Assembly: GCF_004010195.1 (NCBI RefSeq)
Contig: NC_057752.1
Location: forward strand, 9,693,350-9,743,210
Reading direction: 5' to 3'
Length of the DNA: 49,861 nucleotides
Source: Chiloscyllium plagiosum
Lineage: Eukaryota
Part shown: positions 46,730 through 49,861 of the stretch, one piece after another
Position numbering within the stretch: the first letter of the stretch is position 1
How the letters are laid out: each line of letters begins with the position of its first letter
Made by a program: the position numbers and the translations under genes
The notes under the pieces: generated by a model
Seen by the model: the letters and a program-made list of their open reading frames with translations, nothing else
What the model was told of the DNA's origin: nothing
Database searches by the model: none

Positions 46730-46960
46730 GGTGAGTGTGATTGGTATCTTCACAGGTATAGAGAGAGTAGTGTGGGTGATGTACTTGGCTGTAGGTTCTC
46801 ATGCAGTCGGTGGCAGAGAACCTCGATAGTTTTGTTGGTGAAATGCACCCTTCTTACACATACCTTTTCACTAAGATCCTCCTGTGACCTATATTGTCTA
46901 TAGAGGGAGTGAAGTAGTTTATATATGGTGATCTGCATCCTCCTTCAATGCTGATTGCTC
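46730..46960 (-). mobile_element. Harbinger (HARBI1-like) transposase N-terminal remnant
   Basis: LYRQYRSQEDLSEKVCVRRVHFTNKTIEVLCHRLHENLQP matches the YR.R.S..DLSE..C.RR.RF....LC..L...LQP pattern. Confidence 0.7.
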
Positions 46961-47069
46961 CATCCTATGCTACTGCTTCTCCACCATAAATCCACACAAG
47001 AATATGCTCACAGGGAATTTGAGCATATTTGCTCTTGAAGCCCTCACCATGGATGAGGTGGATATATCC

Positions 47070-47615
47070 CGTGATGAGACCATGTTTGGAGTACTGCATG
47101 CAGTTCTGGTCACCCTACTATCGAAGGGATATTATTAAACTCAAAAAAGTGCAGAAAAGATTTACTAGGTGCTTCCTGGTTTGGAAGTTTTCAGTTATAA
47201 GGAGAGGTTGGATAGGCTGAGACTATTTTCCCTGGAGTGCAGGAGTTTGATGGAAGACCTTATAGAGGTCGATCAAACCATGAGAGGCATAGATAAAGTA
47301 GATAGCGAACAGCTTTTCCCCATTGGGGTGGGGGGAAGGGTTTCAAAAACTAGAGGGCATAGGTTTAAGGGTCCAGAGGGGTGAGTCTTTCATGCAGAGG
47401 ATGATGAGTGTCTGGAATGGGCTGCCAGAGATAGTGGTGGAAATGAGTACAATTTCATTATTTAAAAAATATGCCGACCGCTACACGAAGAGGATAGGTA
47501 TGGTGGCGGGGGCACGGATATGGAGCAAACACAGGCAAATGAGACCAGGTTAATTGTGAAAACTGGGCAGTATGGGCCAAAGGGCCTGTTTTCCATGCTG
47601 TAGACCTCTATGACT
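47070..47615 (+). mobile_element. CR1 LINE 3' fragment
   Basis: RPCLEYCMQFWSPYYRRDIIKLKKVQKRFTR / LPGLEVFSYKERLDRLRLFSLE. Confidence 0.88.
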
Positions 47616-47619
47616 TTCA

Positions 47620-47938
47620 AATTAGAATTCCTACAGTGCGGAAACAGGCCCTTCAGCCCAAAACGTCCACATTGGCCCTCCAAAGAGGGACCCACCCAGA
47701 CCCAGTCCCCTAACCTATATTTACCCCTGACTAAAACCTACACATCCCTGAACACTATGGGCAATTTAGCACGACTAATCCACCTAGCCTGCACATTTTT
47801 GTGATTGTGGGAGGAAACCCATGCAGGCACAGGGAGAATGTGCAAACACCACACAGACAATTACCCAAGGCTAGAATTGAACCTGGGCCCCTGGTGCTGT
47901 GAGGCAGCAGTGCTAACCACTGAGCCACCATGCCACCC
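47620..47938 (-). mobile_element. HE1-type V-SINE
   Basis: Same structure as 495-833; tail-to-tail with the preceding LINE. Confidence 0.88.
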
Positions 47939-48649
47939 CACTCTATCCTGCATTATTAGAAGCAGTAAAGTATGGCTGCCAAACAAAAAGCATACAATAA
48001 AAATTGGATCCAAGCTGGAGAATCACTGCTGAGACACCTTCACAGGCTCCAGGTTCTTCACCTTCACCTCTTGAATGATCTTGAACTGCACATCCAAACT
48101 CCGAGACTAATTTGCCACATGTGCTTTGAGAGTGTAAAAGCAGGAAAATGGGACAAACTCAGCAGGCGGTTCACAACAAAGACTTAAAAACATGAGAGAA
48201 TTGATGAAATGGGGCTCCAGAGGAAAACAAACAGTACAGTAATACTTAGAAATGAAGGAACAATTCATACTGAAACTCTATTTTGAAAAATGCAAGATGT
48301 GTTGGACCAGTGTGTCTCATTCCCGAGTTTCATCTTTTGGGGGAAGGAGACTGGGGGAGGGAATTGTTTTTTTTTGGAGAAAACTGGAATAAATAAAAAT
48401 CTGCCTGAATTCACTGCCAAAAACAAATTAACCAGCATGTCAATCTGTCTTGCTCATCTGCACCATCTAGTGGCAAGATACAAAGGAGCAATGATGCAGG
48501 TCTGAGAGAGGGATGGCCCCAAGAGGAATGAAAGGCATTTTTAAATATATTGTAGTGATTGGAACCAGGCTGACTACAAGGTCCTTGATTGGGGTTGTTA
48601 ACCTGAGCTAACCAGGAAAGCCCTGGCTGACTAACATAACCAGGAGATT

Positions 48650-48857
48650 ATGTTCGGGCCCGGGTGTCCCTGGAGATGGAGCACGTGGTGTTGACCAATA
48701 CTCTCGAAACCTTTAGGTAGAAGTCAACACCACAGGGAGTGGAGTGTTTTATTTCCCCCTCCAACTTTATTTTAATTTAGTCCCTACCCTCCCCTTTGTG
48801 TAAGCATTGCACGCTCTGAGCTTTGCTTGTCACTGGTTCCATAAAGAAAGACAATAT
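48650..48857 (+). mobile_element. Tx1/L1-like LINE 3' fragment inserted in the LTR
   Basis: VRARVSLEMEHVVLTNTLETFR*KSTPQGVECF resembles Tx1 ORF2 C-termini. It has an A-rich tail and a 16-bp TSD ACATAACCAGGAGATT at 48634-48649 and 48858-48873. Confidence 0.7.
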
Positions 48858-49103
48858 ACATAACCAGGAGATTTTGAATCTCCTCAGTTTAGGGGACTGA
48901 CTCTGAGCTGGCTGGGCCACAGCCAATGCACTGTGCACATGTAAGGGTGACCTGGTGCACGCTCTGAGCTTTGCTTGTCACTGGTTCCATAAAGAAAGAC
49001 AATATACATAACCAGGAGATTTTGAATCTCCTCAGTTTAGGGGACTGACTCTGAGCTGGCTGGGCCACAGCCAATGCACTGTGCACATGTAAGGGTGACC
49101 TGG
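48808..49103 (+). repeat. Perfect 148-bp tandem duplication
   Basis: 48808-48955 equals 48956-49103; no mismatch found by eye. Confidence 0.95.
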
Positions 49104-49221
49104 CAATGGGATACCTGCCTCTGTGCACTTATTTCAATGGTGATGGGAGAAAACAGGATGTGCCTGAAGAACATTCACTTGCAACAATCACTGTGGAATT
49201 GGGGTAAACATTTCTGGCATC

Positions 49222-49861
49222 ATGCTTTTATTTGGGAAGCTTGACTCATTTGATCCTGCTGTTGAAGACTGGGCACAGTATGTGGAAAAAAAGTGCAATA
49301 GGTTTTCTGGGCAAATGAAATTGGGACAGAAGAAAAGCAATGAGTAATTTTCCTGACAGCTTGTAGAGCCGCTGCATTCTTGGTTATAAGGGGCATAATT
49401 TTCCCAGAGGCACCAGACACTAAAACCTTCCAAGAGTTGACGGAGTTGGTTAAGGAATATTATGACCCCAAACCTCCTCTGATTTTGAGATGCTATCAGT
49501 TTTATTTGGCTGTTGAGAATCAAGGGAATCCGTATCGGGATTTCTGACGAGGTTGTGATGACTGGCAGAGGCATGTGACTTTGGTTTACCCCTTAATGAG
49601 ATGCTGAGAGACTGTTTGCTATGTGGGATTAATGATGTAACCATGCAGAAGCGCCTATTGGCTGAAGCCCAACTGGACCTCAAACAGGCCCTACATCTGG
49701 CTTTATCATGAGAAAATGTGGCAAGTGGAGCAGGGGGGCGGCTACAGCCCATCCCAATGGAAGTGGACTCCCTCAACTGTTTGACTGAGCTTGGGGAACA
49801 CCACTTGAGTGAAGGCAATCACTGAGCCTCATGCAGGGCATATCCTGAGCAGGGGGACTCT
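49222..49861 (+). pseudogene. Gypsy (Mag-like) gag remnant, continuing beyond the window
   Basis: MLLFGKLDSFDPAVEDWAQYVE / ANEIGTEEKQ*VIFLTAC...PEAPDTKTFQELTELVKEYYDPKP...QGESVSGFLTRL**LAEACDFG..LNEMLRDCLLCGIND..MQKRLLAE. Confidence 0.9.

Larger units (their letters stand above)
48551..49136 (+). mobile_element. 5' LTR of a Gypsy element (TG...CA), enlarged by an insertion and a duplication
   Basis: It starts TGTAGTGA and ends TTATTTCA. A PBS-like TGGTGATGGGAG follows at 49138, then gag. The second LTR is outside the window, so the left boundary is inferred. Confidence 0.65.

Overview
This is vertebrate genomic DNA, almost certainly from a shark or other elasmobranch, judging by HE1-type V-SINEs, HER1/CR1 LINEs and Deu-domain SINEs. 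It has four N-gaps, no intact long host CDS, and none of the prokaryotic feature types. Most recognisable sequence is decayed transposable elements: CR1/HER1 LINEs, a second CR1/L2-group LINE family with a tRNA-like 5' head, Penelope-like elements (PLE), two Gypsy-type LTR elements, Harbinger remnants, a Tx1 tail and a Tigger-like MITE. A CpG-rich putative promoter with a CRE and a candidate minus-strand first exon (ATG GCT AG|gtgagt) lies near 29.9 kb, so sequence to its left is probably intronic in an unidentified gene. The most notable items are: (1) a family of ~75-130 bp PLE-derived insertions with target-site duplications, several carrying minimal hammerhead-ribozyme cores; (2) a ~140 bp near-perfect inverted repeat around ~735 bp of unexplained sequence; (3) a tandem amplification inside the integrase zinc finger of a fossil Gypsy; (4) a LINE apparently headed by a Pol III tRNA-like promoter. 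Family names come from motif recognition by eye, not database searches, and boundaries of old elements are approximate.
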